Assembly: GCF_006345805.1 (NCBI RefSeq)
Contig: NC_042997.1
Coordinates: 203,298,001 to 203,362,000, forward strand
Length of the DNA stretch: 64,000 bases
Reading direction: 5' to 3'
DNA from: Octopus sinensis
Lineage: Eukaryota
Of the stretch, positions 43,128 through 55,847 are shown piece after piece (position 1 is the stretch's first letter; every line of letters starts with the position of its first letter). A model generated the notes under the pieces. That model did no database searches, was not told the DNA's origin, and saw nothing but the letters and a program-made list of their open reading frames with translations. A program made the position numbers and the translations under genes.

Positions 43128-43475
43128 ATATGGCTGTGTGGTAAGAAGTTCACTTCTTAACCAAATGGTTCCAGGTTCAGTCCCACTGTATAGCATCTTG
43201 GGTAAATGTCTTCTATAGCCTCAGGTCAACAAAAGCTTTGTGAGTGAATATGGTAGATGAAAACAAAGAAGTCGTGTGTATCCACCACAACTTGACAACC
43301 AATGATGTGTTTATACCCCCGTAACTTAGTGGTTTGCCAAAAGAGACTGACAGAATAAGTGCTAGGTTTTAAAAACTGAATTAAATAAACAGGTCCTGGG
43401 GTTGATTTGTTCAACTAAAATTCTTCAAGGCAGTGCCCCAGCATGGCTGCAGTCAAATGAGTGAAACAAAGATAA
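43128..43475 (+). mobile_element. tRNA-headed CORE-type SINE
   Basis: Collinear with 23311-23706 (GGTTCAGTCCC box, GCAGTCAAATGA tail). Confidence 0.7.
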
Positions 43476-46400
43476 ATATAATTTTAATGTCTACTCATCT
43501 ATAGTTGTATGGATGAAATGGAAATTACCAAGACATATTTTTTAACAACCAGAAGCCCATCCTGTCACCAACTCTCACCTGTTTTAAGCATGGTAATAAT
43601 TCTCCATGGCAAGACATGTTTTTGTGGAAGATTGGAAATAAATTACACTGTTTGTATAATGGTGACACTCTTTTACAATTACAGCACACAATCAACACAA
43701 GAAGAGATACACTAGCACAAGCATTGGCTGTGTAGTTAAAAAGTGGTTCAGAAGTTCACTTCCCAACTATATGGTTACAGGTTCAATCTCACTGCAAAAT
43801 CTTGGACTTCTATTCCCTTCTATTGCCTCAATTTGACCAATGCTTTATATGTGAAATTTAGAAGGAAATTGTATAGAAGCCTGTCGTGTGTGTGTGTGAC
43901 TGTGTCTATTCACTTGTATGTGTGCATGCATATGTACATGTGTGTGTGTGTTTGCTTGTGGTCACATCACAAGATTTGTCAACAAACATGACTGTCATAT
44001 GTGATGTCATTCATTAGCAATCTTCCATGAAAAGATACCCAGTCATTGTGTTCATGTTTGATGGGGCAGGGCAGATTTTACTTTGCTTGAAGACAGGTGA
44101 TAATTGGTGACAAGAAGGGTGTCCAACCATAGAAAATCTGCCTTGACAAATTTCAAATGGTTCATGCAAGCATGGAAAAGTGAATAATAAAATGAGGATG
44201 ATACAAATATTTCTTGCATGAAATAGACTCAACCAAAATAATTACTATTTCAGTTTCTTATTAATAAACTATAAGTCAACTTAGTTTACTGTTTTATTTT
44301 GTCTACATAATTTATCCGATGTTTTGGCAAGATATTAGACATAACTTGCTGAAACAGTATGTAAACTAAAAACATATTTCAAATACATACACCAATTAAA
44401 AACAATTACACTGAAACAGTTTTTTTTTTAATGCATTAAATAACTTTTACATTGGTGTTTGGTAAAATATTATTATATGAAACTATCTTAATCGACTTTG
44501 CCTAAAACCTGGCCTAAACAGAGACAACAAAGTGCTGGTTTGTCTGTTATTGGAATATTCTTGTTAGGATGAGAGCTAAAAAATGTGTAAGCAATTGTGA
44601 AATGAAAAAAGAGGATAGTCTATAATACAGACAAGAAATAGGTAATTTCTAAATACAATACTCCTGGTTTAATCCTTGAAGGACAATAGGATCAATCTAG
44701 TGGTTTGCTATTTTTAAGTTAGACAAAAAAGATCAGTCCCTTCTAAAATACATGTACCCACTCTCATGGTGCAAAGGTTACAAGAACTACAACAGAAAGA
44801 CAAGTTGAAAAATAGAGCTTATATTAGTTTGACACTCAGAAAATGGAGTGGGGGAAACATCTTTAACATTTCAAGTATTTACTCTTCTTCCAAAAGATAG
44901 GACAGAGAGAAGGAAAATTGGCAAAATTGAAATATACAGGTGTCCAAATGTCATGGAGAAGTAGTAGAAAGGTCACTTTGGGCATGAGTGGCAGTTGGGG
45001 AGGAGTGAACTGTGAGCCTGGTGTGTACACATACAAGCAAGCACACACCATTTTCACATCCACTTTACCATGCTTTTATGGGCAAAATAGAACTTAAGGC
45101 AGATTTTCTATGACAAGATGCCCTTCCTGCAGCCAATCCTCACCTGTTTCCAAGCAAATATTTCCCCCATGGCCAGGCATGCTTTCATTATTTTATCTCC
45201 AACCCCATCCTATAACAAATCAAAGATTAAAAATGAAGGATTGTTTATAATTACCGTACTATGTCACAACACACACAGGTATCATCATTTTAATGTCTAT
45301 TTCTCTCAATGTTTGTACAAGTCAAATAGAATTCATGAAAGCAGACTTTCTACAGTCAGAGGCCCTTCCAGTAGAAAACCTTCACCCATTTTCAAGCAAA
45401 GTAAATAATTCTAAGTTCAACTCTGAATATAACAAACCTATAATCAAAAAAAGTACTCCAGTAGTTAACAGCCCATCATTTCTCTCATTTCAGAAATATC
45501 TTCAACTACAATGTCCAACAGCTCTTTCTTTTTAAGATTTCACTGCTATTTCTAACCAACTGAGTGACCATAGAAAGCCTCTCTTCTTGCTGTTACATCT
45601 GTTCTGTAGATGACATTAAAGGAATATATTTAGAACATGACACAATTCTGAAGCATCATAAGACAAGTCACAAACCATTATTTTATCTCCAACCCCATCC
45701 TATAACAAATCAAACACTCCATTACTGTATCATCAAAATATTTTTCTTTCTTCCCCAAAATTTTCATGATGCAGAGTTTTTTTAAGACACTAATGAGGAC
45801 ATTTTTATAGAAGGAATGGGGAGCAGTAAAAGGGGTAGGAAAGTAAAGGAATCTGGGGTAGGTGTAAGGGAATAAAAAATATATAACTCATGCTGGTTTA
45901 TATAGGAGAAAAATGGAAAACAATATCATATTAATTGCAAGAAATACTCTCAGTAAATCAGTTTTTTCAGGTCACTATGTTACATATGGTAGACCTTTCT
46001 AAGGGCACAACCCTTCCTTGACATATTTTCCTCTCAGCCATATAGGTGACAAAATTGACAACACACACACACACACACACACTGATCATTCATTGTCTTG
46101 TCAATTAAACAGAATAAATAAGTTTCATTGAGAAAATCTAATAAATTCTTCACCGTTTGGCTCTAAAGACTGGATCCACTTCAAAATTACATTTTCTATA
46201 TTTTCCTAAAATGTCTAAAAGTGACTTTATTGGTGTTATTTCTTTTGCTTGTTTTTAGATTTGACACCCAAGGGAGATTTTGTCTATAGATTGCATGGAT
46301 AATCTCAGTTAACCAACTCTATTACATATGCAAGACCTTACTATATTTCTATTTAGAACAAATATGCAAAACACTCTCCAGAGGTGTTTCGCTGTCAGCG

Positions 46401-47273
46401 AAATTGTTGATATTACATTGTCTGAGAGGAAAGATGGATATAAAAGAGTTTAAAGAAGACAAAAAGGATATAACACTAAAACAAATTATCCTGAATTGAG
46501 ATGAGACTGGATGTTTAGAACTGAAAGCAGAAGTAGTGGTGGACTTAAATGTGGTTATGTCAATAAATAAGAATTGGTTTGATAGCAATGGGAATTAAGA
46601 AAGACAATGAGTGGAAAGATAAATTCTGAAGTCTACTGTAGAGCTAGTGCTAACAAAACAAAAATCATCATCATCATCATCATCTTAATGTCCACTTTTC
46701 CATATCAGCATGGGTCAGTTTACTGAGGCAGTTTTTAAATGGCTGGATACCCTTCCTGTCACCAACCTTAACCTGTTTCCAAGCAAGGTAATATTTCTTC
46801 ATCACCAGACATGTTTTTAGAGAATATAGGAAATGAATATAGGAAACCAAATCCACTCCCAAGGCTTCAGTTGGTCTGGGACTATAGTAGAAAACACTTG
46901 CCCAAGGTACCACACAATGAGACTGAACCTGAAGCCAGGCCAATTACTGTTATTCTCCTGAATTTTTTTGTGATTCCGTCCATTATTAGTTTGCCAAGTT
47001 GAGAGAAAGGTCTATTATTGTCATTTTCTGAATTTTTTTTATTCTGATTCTGTTCATTAAGTGTGCCTGCAATCATTACTCTTAAGCTGTATATGCAACT
47101 ATTTATTTTTTAGTTCAGGAGCCCAGGTGGAGGATAAAGCTAGACACAGAGCCCAGGTATGAAAGGGTTAAATTTATTACAATGCAATGTAATAAATTTA
47201 ATATATTATATAATAATATTTAGGTTATTATCTGCAGGTAAAGTGAAGATGAAGTAATTGTAGTATTATGATA

Positions 47274-48354
47274 TTAACCCTTTCATTACTATATTTCTGA
47301 CCAAAATACACCCCTTATGTGTTTCAATTAATTTCTAACATAATCATAAATTTAGTCTGGTTTCATTAAACAACTATAACTTTTTTATTTATCAATATAT
47401 TAATGAGATTTTTGGAAGATAATTTAATGAAATGTTCTCAACCAATTCTATATTATAATTTTTGTCACAAAGTGACTCTAATTGCAGGTAGATACAGGTA
47501 AATTCAACAAAATATAAAATTATTAAAATTTTGTTCAAACATCGCTATAGAAAATGGGTTATTAATTCAATTGGGTATACAACAAAATTTTACGATAGAA
47601 TTTGTTATTCTGGGTAACTTTCTGATACCCATAATAATATTTATGGCAAAATAATCTTAATTTCATTTAAGGTTGTGGGAAACCACTAACTATCCTTTCT
47701 TTCGCTTTGTTTACATTTAGCGTAATGGTTCGTTTCCGCTATAATGATTTCAAATAGGCTCATTCGAAAAAGTAAAAAGAAATAGTCTAAGGCTTTACTC
47801 TCCTAGGTAAGTCTGTGGCTTGGTCCAGTTTCTTCAGAAAAATCACCGAAAGAAACAGTTTTTAAATTTTCACTCCATTCAGGTGCCAATTCATTTTCTT
47901 TATTGCTGTCGGAGCTCTCGGATTCACTGTTTTCACTTTCGGAAAATGAAACATCAGATTCATTTATCAAATACCACGTGCTTTTTTTTTTTAGTCATAG
48001 AGTTAGATTTATCAAGGTCTTCAGTAGAAAATCCTTCGAATTCTGACTCACTGCTTGATATAATGAAATTCGTATCCATTTTTTTGTCAGAATTACAAAT
48101 TTTGAAAACACAATAGGAACAAATTTCGGAAAAAAATCTCCCAAAATTCACGAAATTAAAATTACACTTCGATTGTTGTACAAAACTGTAGATGAACTGT
48201 TTACGAAGTATAATCACATGTTTTCACGAATGTACAAAAGAGATTTGCTCTGATATTCTCATTTAAATATGAATAGGTAAATACGGGCAGGTTTGGGCGG
48301 CTTGGTCACATGAACCAAAATTTTTTTCGGGCGGTTTGGTAACGAAAGGGTTAA
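47274..48354 (-). mobile_element. Internally deleted piggyBac element
   Basis: TTAA-CCCTTTCATTAC (47274) and GTAACGAAAGGG-TTAA (48354); ~1.08 kb; contains a transposase remnant. Confidence 0.9.
47600..48079 (-). pseudogene. PGBD4-like piggyBac transposase N-terminal remnant
   Basis: MDTNFIISSSESEFEGF..., an acidic tract, then EWSENLKTVSFGDFSEETGP..ALDYFFLLF..LFEIIIAETNHYAK..WFPTTLNEIK..INIIMGIRKLPRIT. These are typical pre-catalytic DDE_Tnp_1_7 motifs, with stops and frameshifts. Confidence 0.85.
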
Positions 48355-49039
48355 GCAATAAAGCATATTTGCTAAATTCCATCTCATTTATGTATTGTTT
48401 TATTCATAGTCTGATGTTCATGAATTTCCACGTATCTTCCTTTTTGTTTGGTTTTCATTGTGAAAGTGCACCAAGTAGACCAATAATACTACAAGGTTCA
48501 TACTGAAATTAGGATATAAAAAAAAAACATGTGTGTGAGTGTAGGTCTCCTTTTCTTGACTTTGCATAATAGTTGTAAATGAGTGTCACTGTCATACAAG
48601 CAGTGTCATTTATTTGCAATATTCTACAAAAATATGCTTAGCCATGAGGAAATATCTTGCCTGAGATCACAGAAGGGTGATGATAGTAAAGGTATCCAGC
48701 CATAGCAAATTTGCCTTAAACTGCCTGACCTATGCAAGCACAGAAAAGCAAACATAGTGATGATGATAATAGAACATTTAGCTCTCAAACTGACGTTTCA
48801 TGGCCAACAAACCATGATCCACTTCTTTATCTGCAATTGAAACACACACACACACACAAAGAGTTTTGTTTTGTTTATTTTCTATGCAGACAAATTGGAC
48901 AGATCTGCATCACTGATTTTCATTCATCTTGCTTTATTCTCAACCACTTTCTTTATTCTTTAGTTTAACTATAAAAAAAAGAACAAAATCAAAACAGAAT
49001 CTAATTCTAAAACTTCTTTATATAAACATTTTCATCTTT

Positions 49040-49690
49040 TATTCTCATCACTTCAACCATTGATCAGAGGAGGTCTGCTAGATCAGCATCTAGCCAGCAC
49101 TGGCTTGCCAGTCAAATAACAATAACAATCACAACCAATTGACAGATGGTGAAATACTGATAAATCTTTTCCTATCCCAAGTCAGAAAGTTACCTATGTG
49201 AGAACAGAGAGTATATCATAGATGGCATCCTAGATTCAGGAACCTTTCATATTCGAAACATTAGCAAAAATCACATCAATGAGATTTGGCATCCTTTATA
49301 GAGATAAGAAATATGCCAGCTCACAGCAAGCCTTGACTCTCTCCAAGACTCCAAGAATGTGTGCTACATGATAGCAGTAGTACTGCTGCTCTCATATTTG
49401 CAGTGATACATTTCATTCAATCACTGTTATCATAGAACACATTCATCTGCTAAGACATCTGCTAAAGCTTCCTTTACTGAAAAATGTTCAGCCTCTCACC
49501 TTACTATCATGCTGATTTATCTCAGTCATATTTACTACAGCTACATATTCACTGCACTTCAGAACTTATCTGCATCTCACCATAATATCTCAGAAGACAC
49601 ATCACATCAACATTTTGCTTGTTGCCACTCATTGTTTAATTAATTTTCTCTTTAAGTCTCGCATTAAAAGTTACCTTAAATGTATTTCTT
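49040..49690 (+). mobile_element. Highly decayed L2-like LINE 3' end
   Basis: FHIRNISK at 49245 and terminal FKSRIKSYL at 49651 resemble the L2 motifs FHLRNI.KIR and FKS.LKT.LF. Confidence 0.45.
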
Positions 49691-50465
49691 AATTTATCAC
49701 TCCTTTTTTATATATATATATATATAATTTTTTTTTTGTTATCTCCAAATGTACTGAATCTCACTCATCATGCCATTCTATGATATAGGGAAATAACTTT
49801 TACAAGCATTAAATTAATTATTTTTAATTTGATCATAACACTACAAAGGAAATGAAAACTGCAATTAAATTTAGAGTAGGTGTATTTTGAAAGTTGCAAC
49901 AAAAATTTCTTTTTTTTCTGGAATATAAAACTGAAACATGATTTTCCCCTACTATTGTTACATGATTTAGATAGTCCTGTGTCTCCAAAGCTTGCAGAAA
50001 AACACTAATAACAACTTTACCTTATAATGTCTTAACAATATTAAGTATCTGACATTACATTGATAAATTATATTGATTCAGCTTTTGTATGCAGTAAGCA
50101 GAAGACACAGTATCCTAGTTTTATATGAAGAAGTATATTTGAAATGAAGCAATTTAACAACAAAGTGGAGTGAACAATACAATTGTGGAATACAGAAAGC
50201 ACAAGGTCTGCCAGGCTAGATGTGTTGCAAGGTTCACAGACAGGTGGACCTGTGCAGTTATTAAGTGCTATCTAAGAGATCAGAAGAGACCCTCAGAAGA
50301 CCTCCAAAACAATAAGACAGCATAGTCAAACAATATGGGCCAAAATGGAAGAGAAGGTCACAATCACGAGAACAACAGCTCACTGTGACCAGTGATGTAT
50401 AAGAACATCTGATAATTTATACAAAAATATATTAGAAAATTATTAAAGAAAAATTGAATCCTATA

Positions 50466-51721
50466 TATGAGGGAGTACCAAAAAGAAACTGCAATTTTGC
50501 AATATTATTTCATTCACTTAGTTTTACACTTTTATTGCCTCCAAAGTATTCTCTATTTGAAGCAATGCATTGGTCCAGATGCGTTTTCCACTGTTCAAAG
50601 CAGTCCTAGAACTCTTGTGAAGTGAAGTCATTTTTTTCTTCACCTCTTCCATGCCTGCAAAACATTTTCCTTTAAGGACTTTTTTTCATTCGAGGAAACA
50701 AAAAAAAGTCACAGGGAGCAAAATCGGAAGAATAGGGAGGGTAGGAAAATGGGGTGCAAAGGTGCATTGTTGTGATGAAACCACCACTCTCCACTGTCAC
50801 TGGTCAGGGTGTTTTCATCTCACTGTGTCTTGCAAACACTTCAGAACTGCCAAGCAAAATGTCTGGTTAACAGTCTGACCAGGAGGAAAGAAATACTGTG
50901 TGGACAATTCCTTTCACATCAAAGAAAACAAATCAGCATCATCTTCACATTGGACTTCACTTGAGGCACTTTGGGGGGCATGCTGACACTCAATGCTTTC
51001 ATTGACTTGATTGCTACTTCGTTTCCGGGTCATAGCCGTAGCACCAGCTTTCATCACCAGTGATGACCTTCAAAGAAAGGTTCAGATCAACTTTCAACTG
51101 TTCTTTCAGTTCACGACACACATTCAGTCATGACTGCTTTTGATCTTCTGTGAACAAGTGAGGCACAAATTATGCTGCAATTCTTTTCATTCACAATTCC
51201 TCACTCAAAATTCATTGGGAAAGAGCTCCAGGACATGCCAGTCATATCAACAAGTTTGTCAATATTTTGGTAACAATCCAAGATCAGTTCATGAATTTTC
51301 ATGGTGTTTTCATTCATTTGGGAGGTCGACAGTCATTCTGAACAAGGTTGGTCTTCAAGCGACAAATAACCATCCCTAAAGCATGAAAGCTACTTGTAAA
51401 CTTGTGTTTTGCTCATGGCAGTGTCCTTGTAAGCTGTTTGAAGCAAGAGAACTGTTTCAGTCACCATTTTCCCCAGCAGAAAACAGAATTTTACAGAAGC
51501 ATGCTGTCCCTTCATTTCAGCCATCACAAAAATTGACGAACAGTGAAAAAGCACTGCAAAACAAAGACACACCATGTGGCAGTACAACTCCACTCGACAC
51601 CGCCAATTGGCAGACTGATGGCTGAGGGTCACATCAAGTGGCTTCTAGCAGCGAAAGCCTGAACTACAACGAGCTTGTCCCACAGAGAACATTTCCGGTT
51701 ACTTTTGGGTACCTCCTCATA
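50466..51721 (-). mobile_element. Full-length decayed mariner transposon, second lineage
   Basis: TIRs TA-TGAGGGAGTACCAAAAAG and CTTTTGGGTACCTCCTCA-TA; ~1.25 kb. Minus-strand remnants QHASVKFCFLLGKMVTETVLLLQTAYKD and VITGDESWCYGYDPETK*QSSQ. Confidence 0.9.
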
Positions 51722-51849
51722 TTTATCAATAACACAAAGCCTATATTTAAAAGTGCAGTCACATACTAAAAAAAAATTTTACCATAAATAATGTTGAAGT
51801 CCGAACTGGTAATCGAAGAGAGACATGATGAAAGTAGTGGGGAGAGGAA

Positions 51850-51950
51850 TGAGAAGCGAGACACAAGAAAGAAGGGGAGGAGTGAAAAGAGAGACACAGG
51901 AAAGATGGGGAGGAGTGAAAAGAGAGACACAGGAAAAAATGGGAGGAGGA
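51850..51950. repeat. ~30-bp purine-rich minisatellite, about 3 copies
   Basis: GGGAGGAGTGAAAAGAGAGACACAGGAAAG repeated. Confidence 0.8.
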
Positions 51951-52693
51951 GCAATCCATTTAAAGTAGTCTCAGATCAATGTCTCAGAAAATTATATTTC
52001 ATACAACACTACAGCTACCACTGAGTTGTTTTCTGCCTCCCATGTCAGAGCTGCATTGTTTACAACGTCCCATACTACTACTACTACTACTGCTGCTGTT
52101 TTATTTACTACCTCCCCTACTACAGTTCCTGTATTATCTAATACGTCCCATACTACAACTACCCTTTTATTTACTATGGCTTGTTTGTAAGTTGGATGAA
52201 ATACAATAAGCTCATCAAGAATTTCCAGTTAAATTATTGATTTCTGATTATAGATACAAAGCCACAAAATTTGGGGAAAACTATATTTGATTATATCAAC
52301 CTAGCATATGACTGCTACTTAGATTATCAATTCTGGAGGATGAAAGGTAAAGTCAATCCTAGCAGGATTTGAACTCAAGATATAGAGAAGAGTAGCTAAA
52401 TACTGCTAGACATTTCATCCGGTTCTATCAATAATAACCACTTTCTAAAATATTAAAAACATAACTTTATATTATAATGAAAGTTATTTTCTCACATCTA
52501 AAATGTTTGAAATTTATTTTTAATGAATGAATGGAGCTGGTATTGAAAAGATAAATAAATGATAGTAACTTTATTATGATGGTTGGTGGCTTCAATGGAG
52601 ATGGTAGACAACACTGTAATAGCTACTCCAATGTAGTTTAGACAAGCCACTACACCTACTATTCATAACCTGAAGAAGAATACCATACACTAA

Positions 52694-53018
52694 TTACATC
52701 ATTTACATTTGACAAATATTTGTCCTCATCTTTGTTGTTGACACAATGTTTCAGCTGATATACCCTCCCACTTTCATCAGGTGTCCTGGGGGAATTTCGA
52801 ACCTGGGTTCTCATTCCTAAGGTATTTTTCCAATGTTGTTGTTATTATTATTATTATTATTATTCAGGTTACTGCCTGGATCAAACTCAGAATCTTGGGG
52901 TTAGTAGCCCGTGCTCTTAACCACAATGCCAAATGCCCATAGGCATATGGCATAGTGGTTAAGAGTGCAGGCTTAACATCAGCCGAAACACTGTATCAAA
53001 TGTAAATAATGTACATAA
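52694..53018. mobile_element. Head-to-head palindromic tRNA-headed retroelement with a hammerhead-like 3' end
   Basis: Inverted tRNA-like heads meet at 52940/52941. The left arm (minus strand) runs head, (AAT)n, body, hammerhead motif, tail. The right arm is internally deleted but keeps ATCAGCCGAAAC and the CAAATGTAAAT tail. Confidence 0.7.
52740..52785 (-). ncRNA. Degenerate minimal (Penelope-type) hammerhead ribozyme motif
   Basis: Minus strand GACAC-CTGATGA-A-AGTGG-GAGGGTATAT-CAGCT-GAAA-CATT-GTGTC: both core boxes are present, stem I is a perfect 5 bp, stem II is imperfect and stem III is minimal. Confidence 0.6.
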
Positions 53019-53639
53019 TTCTTCATCTCTCAAATATAGAACTGTATTACCATACACTAAAACTAGCAGTCACCAAGAAAACTAGGTTTAAATGAATGGC
53101 TTCTGTTACCTAAGTAAACTAATTAGTAGCAGAATTTGTGGAAGAGAAAGACTGAGAAAAACATGGGAAGAAAAAAAACAAAGGATAATATCAAGAGGCT
53201 GAACTTCATGTTTGAGATGACAAAGAACTGCCAGGAGAAGCAAGATGTTGTGCTGGAAAACCGGTTCAACCTATGTAAATATGGAAAAACAGATACAAAA
53301 TGATGATCAGGAAGATCTGAAATGCCTGGAAAGTCATTAAAAAAATCTATAAAGAGATTCGGTAGAAGTTGTTAGTTTGTTTTCTTAACATTGTGCTTAT
53401 TGGTAATTTCCATTGCACTTTACATTTTAGGTTGGATTTTCCATTCTTTTGCTGTATCAGAAGCAACAGCAGCATTTTAACGTCCACTTTTCCGTGCTTG
53501 CATGGATCAGACAGACTTTACTGAGGCAGATACTCAACAACACAAAACAAACCAATTAGAAGTTTGTATTGTGGTTGATTCATCTGCTTGAAACAACAGC
53601 TAGATCTCCCTCAAATTACATTGTGCCATTTTAGAAAAG

Positions 53640-54030
53640 GATGCATTGTATTAATTGGTTCTGGATTCCTTGTACATAGAATAAAGAAGGGGTGATCATA
53701 AATGCTCAATGAGGGCTGGTCAAGGGCTAAACAGCAACACAAAATGCTGGCAAGCAACCTACCTGTCAGGTCACCAAGAACAGCAATTCCAGAACCTGTA
53801 ATTTTCCTGAATAGAATACCATTCAGACCTATCTTTCCACACACTCTTTTCAACCTATTCCAACATAATCTTCCCAAATCAGCACAAAACATCCAGTCTC
53901 AATGCTAAGTTTACTTTATTGCCCTTCAATTCCAAGTTTTGCCTCTATACTTGGAATTTCTTGCCCAGATCTTCCATAGATTCTACTGTATGAACAAGGT
54001 CAACAGCATACAATATTTCCCAAACTGCTT
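53640..54030 (-). mobile_element. RTE LINE reverse-transcriptase fragment
   Basis: ILYAVDLVHTVESMEDLGKKFQV*RQNLELKGNKVNLA is a degenerate LYADDL motif plus the downstream RTE block. Confidence 0.75.
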
Positions 54031-54192
54031 AAACACACACATTTGTCTGCATATGTTAAAACAACTATTTGTATCATTACATTTGATTGGTATGGCAGTG
54101 AAAAGAGTTTAGGAATTACAAATCATCACTGCTTCAAATCTGCCTGCACACAAATATATTAACACAATTTTAACAATGCTTTATCATGTGCA

Positions 54193-54224
<32 letters not shown>

Positions 54225-55802
54225 GAATGTGTGTGATTGTGTGTTCAATGCAACCTGTCAGTGCAATAGAAGCTATTTTAAATAAAGACTAAAAATAATA
54301 CCCCAAAGTCATTTCAATAATGTCTAAAAAAATTCCAGAGAGGAACACAAGAAACGAGTGCTTCAGAAACTTGAATGCAACCATCATCAATTAGTAAATC
54401 AGCATTATATAATACACTGTCATTCTTCCACAAAATGGATTATGGATATTAACTTTTTCATATATATTTTAGTTAGCAAATCCATTTAGAATATTTTGAC
54501 ACGTGAGAAATAAGTATTCTTTGATGCTAAGTAGAAATAGGTAGAAATGAAGCTAAGTTTTTCAGAATAATTTTTGTTTCTATTTTTCGATTTTTTGAAA
54601 GAAAGAATGGAGGCAATTTCATGCAGACCATTCACTCAGAAGTTTATGCTGACTATATGCATGTACGCATGCACACAAAACCACACGATTGAGAGAAGAG
54701 AAATATTAAGAGTGAGATACACATTGTCGCAAATATTTGTTGAGTTGATTAACAGTACAAATAAATTTAATAATAAATTTGTGTAAATCTAGATACTACT
54801 GACATACACAGCTAAACACTAACAGAAACACACACAAGTATAAACAGCTACCTTATGGCAATGCTTGGCAAGTTATTAACTGTCTAGACAATATACCAAT
54901 TTTTTCAATTACATCGCAATACTAAATTTCTAGTTTTTAAATTGGTCTCTACGAGATCTTCCTTCTGATATCATCTTAGAGAATTGAATTGAATTAAATT
55001 GATAAATGGATAATGCCAAATCAAACAATTATGATAAAATACAAGGCAATTTCAAAGAATCTTATTAAAAAGAAAAAAAAATGTAAATATTGATTAATAT
55101 TTTAAACATTTACAAAGTTCAAATTCTTAACATTTCACCAAGACCAGTTCCAATATTTTTAGCATATTTGTATCTGATGCAGATAAGAAAGTATTGAAAA
55201 ATAGCATGACTTTAAATCAAGATAGAGAAGCAACTTACTACAAACTAAATACAAATTAAAGAAAAAAAAATTTAATGAAATATATTAACTTCACATATAA
55301 AATATCTGAGTAATATAATTAAATAATCAATCAAATTTGCTTATTTATTGGTTATAAATTCAAACATCAATAATATTGATCATTGCAAGACCATATGCTG
55401 ACTGATTCTTTTTTTCCGTTCTTTCAGTTAGGACACCAATTTTGATATAACTGAATATAGTGTTGATATTAATAAAACAATTTAACTCAGTCTTTAAAGA
55501 AATGCTGAAATATTTTGTATTCACAATTCTCAAAACATTTATCAATGAGAGTTGGGTAGACTTTGTCCTCCTCCATCTTAATTTCATATTTTTGTTTAGT
55601 CTCCATACCAACAACAATTCTCCCTCTACATTTTATTTCACCTATTTTTACTATTAGCACAAATTTATTGTAGTTGTTTGCTTACTCAATTCTTATCCGA
55701 GGTTTACACTGAAATCTCCACACCCCAACTAGATCAAAACAAAACCTAAAAAAAATTACAAATTAAAAAAAATATATCAAACAAATTTCTATTTGTGTAT
55801 GC

Positions 55803-55845
<43 letters not shown>

Positions 55846-55847
55846 TG

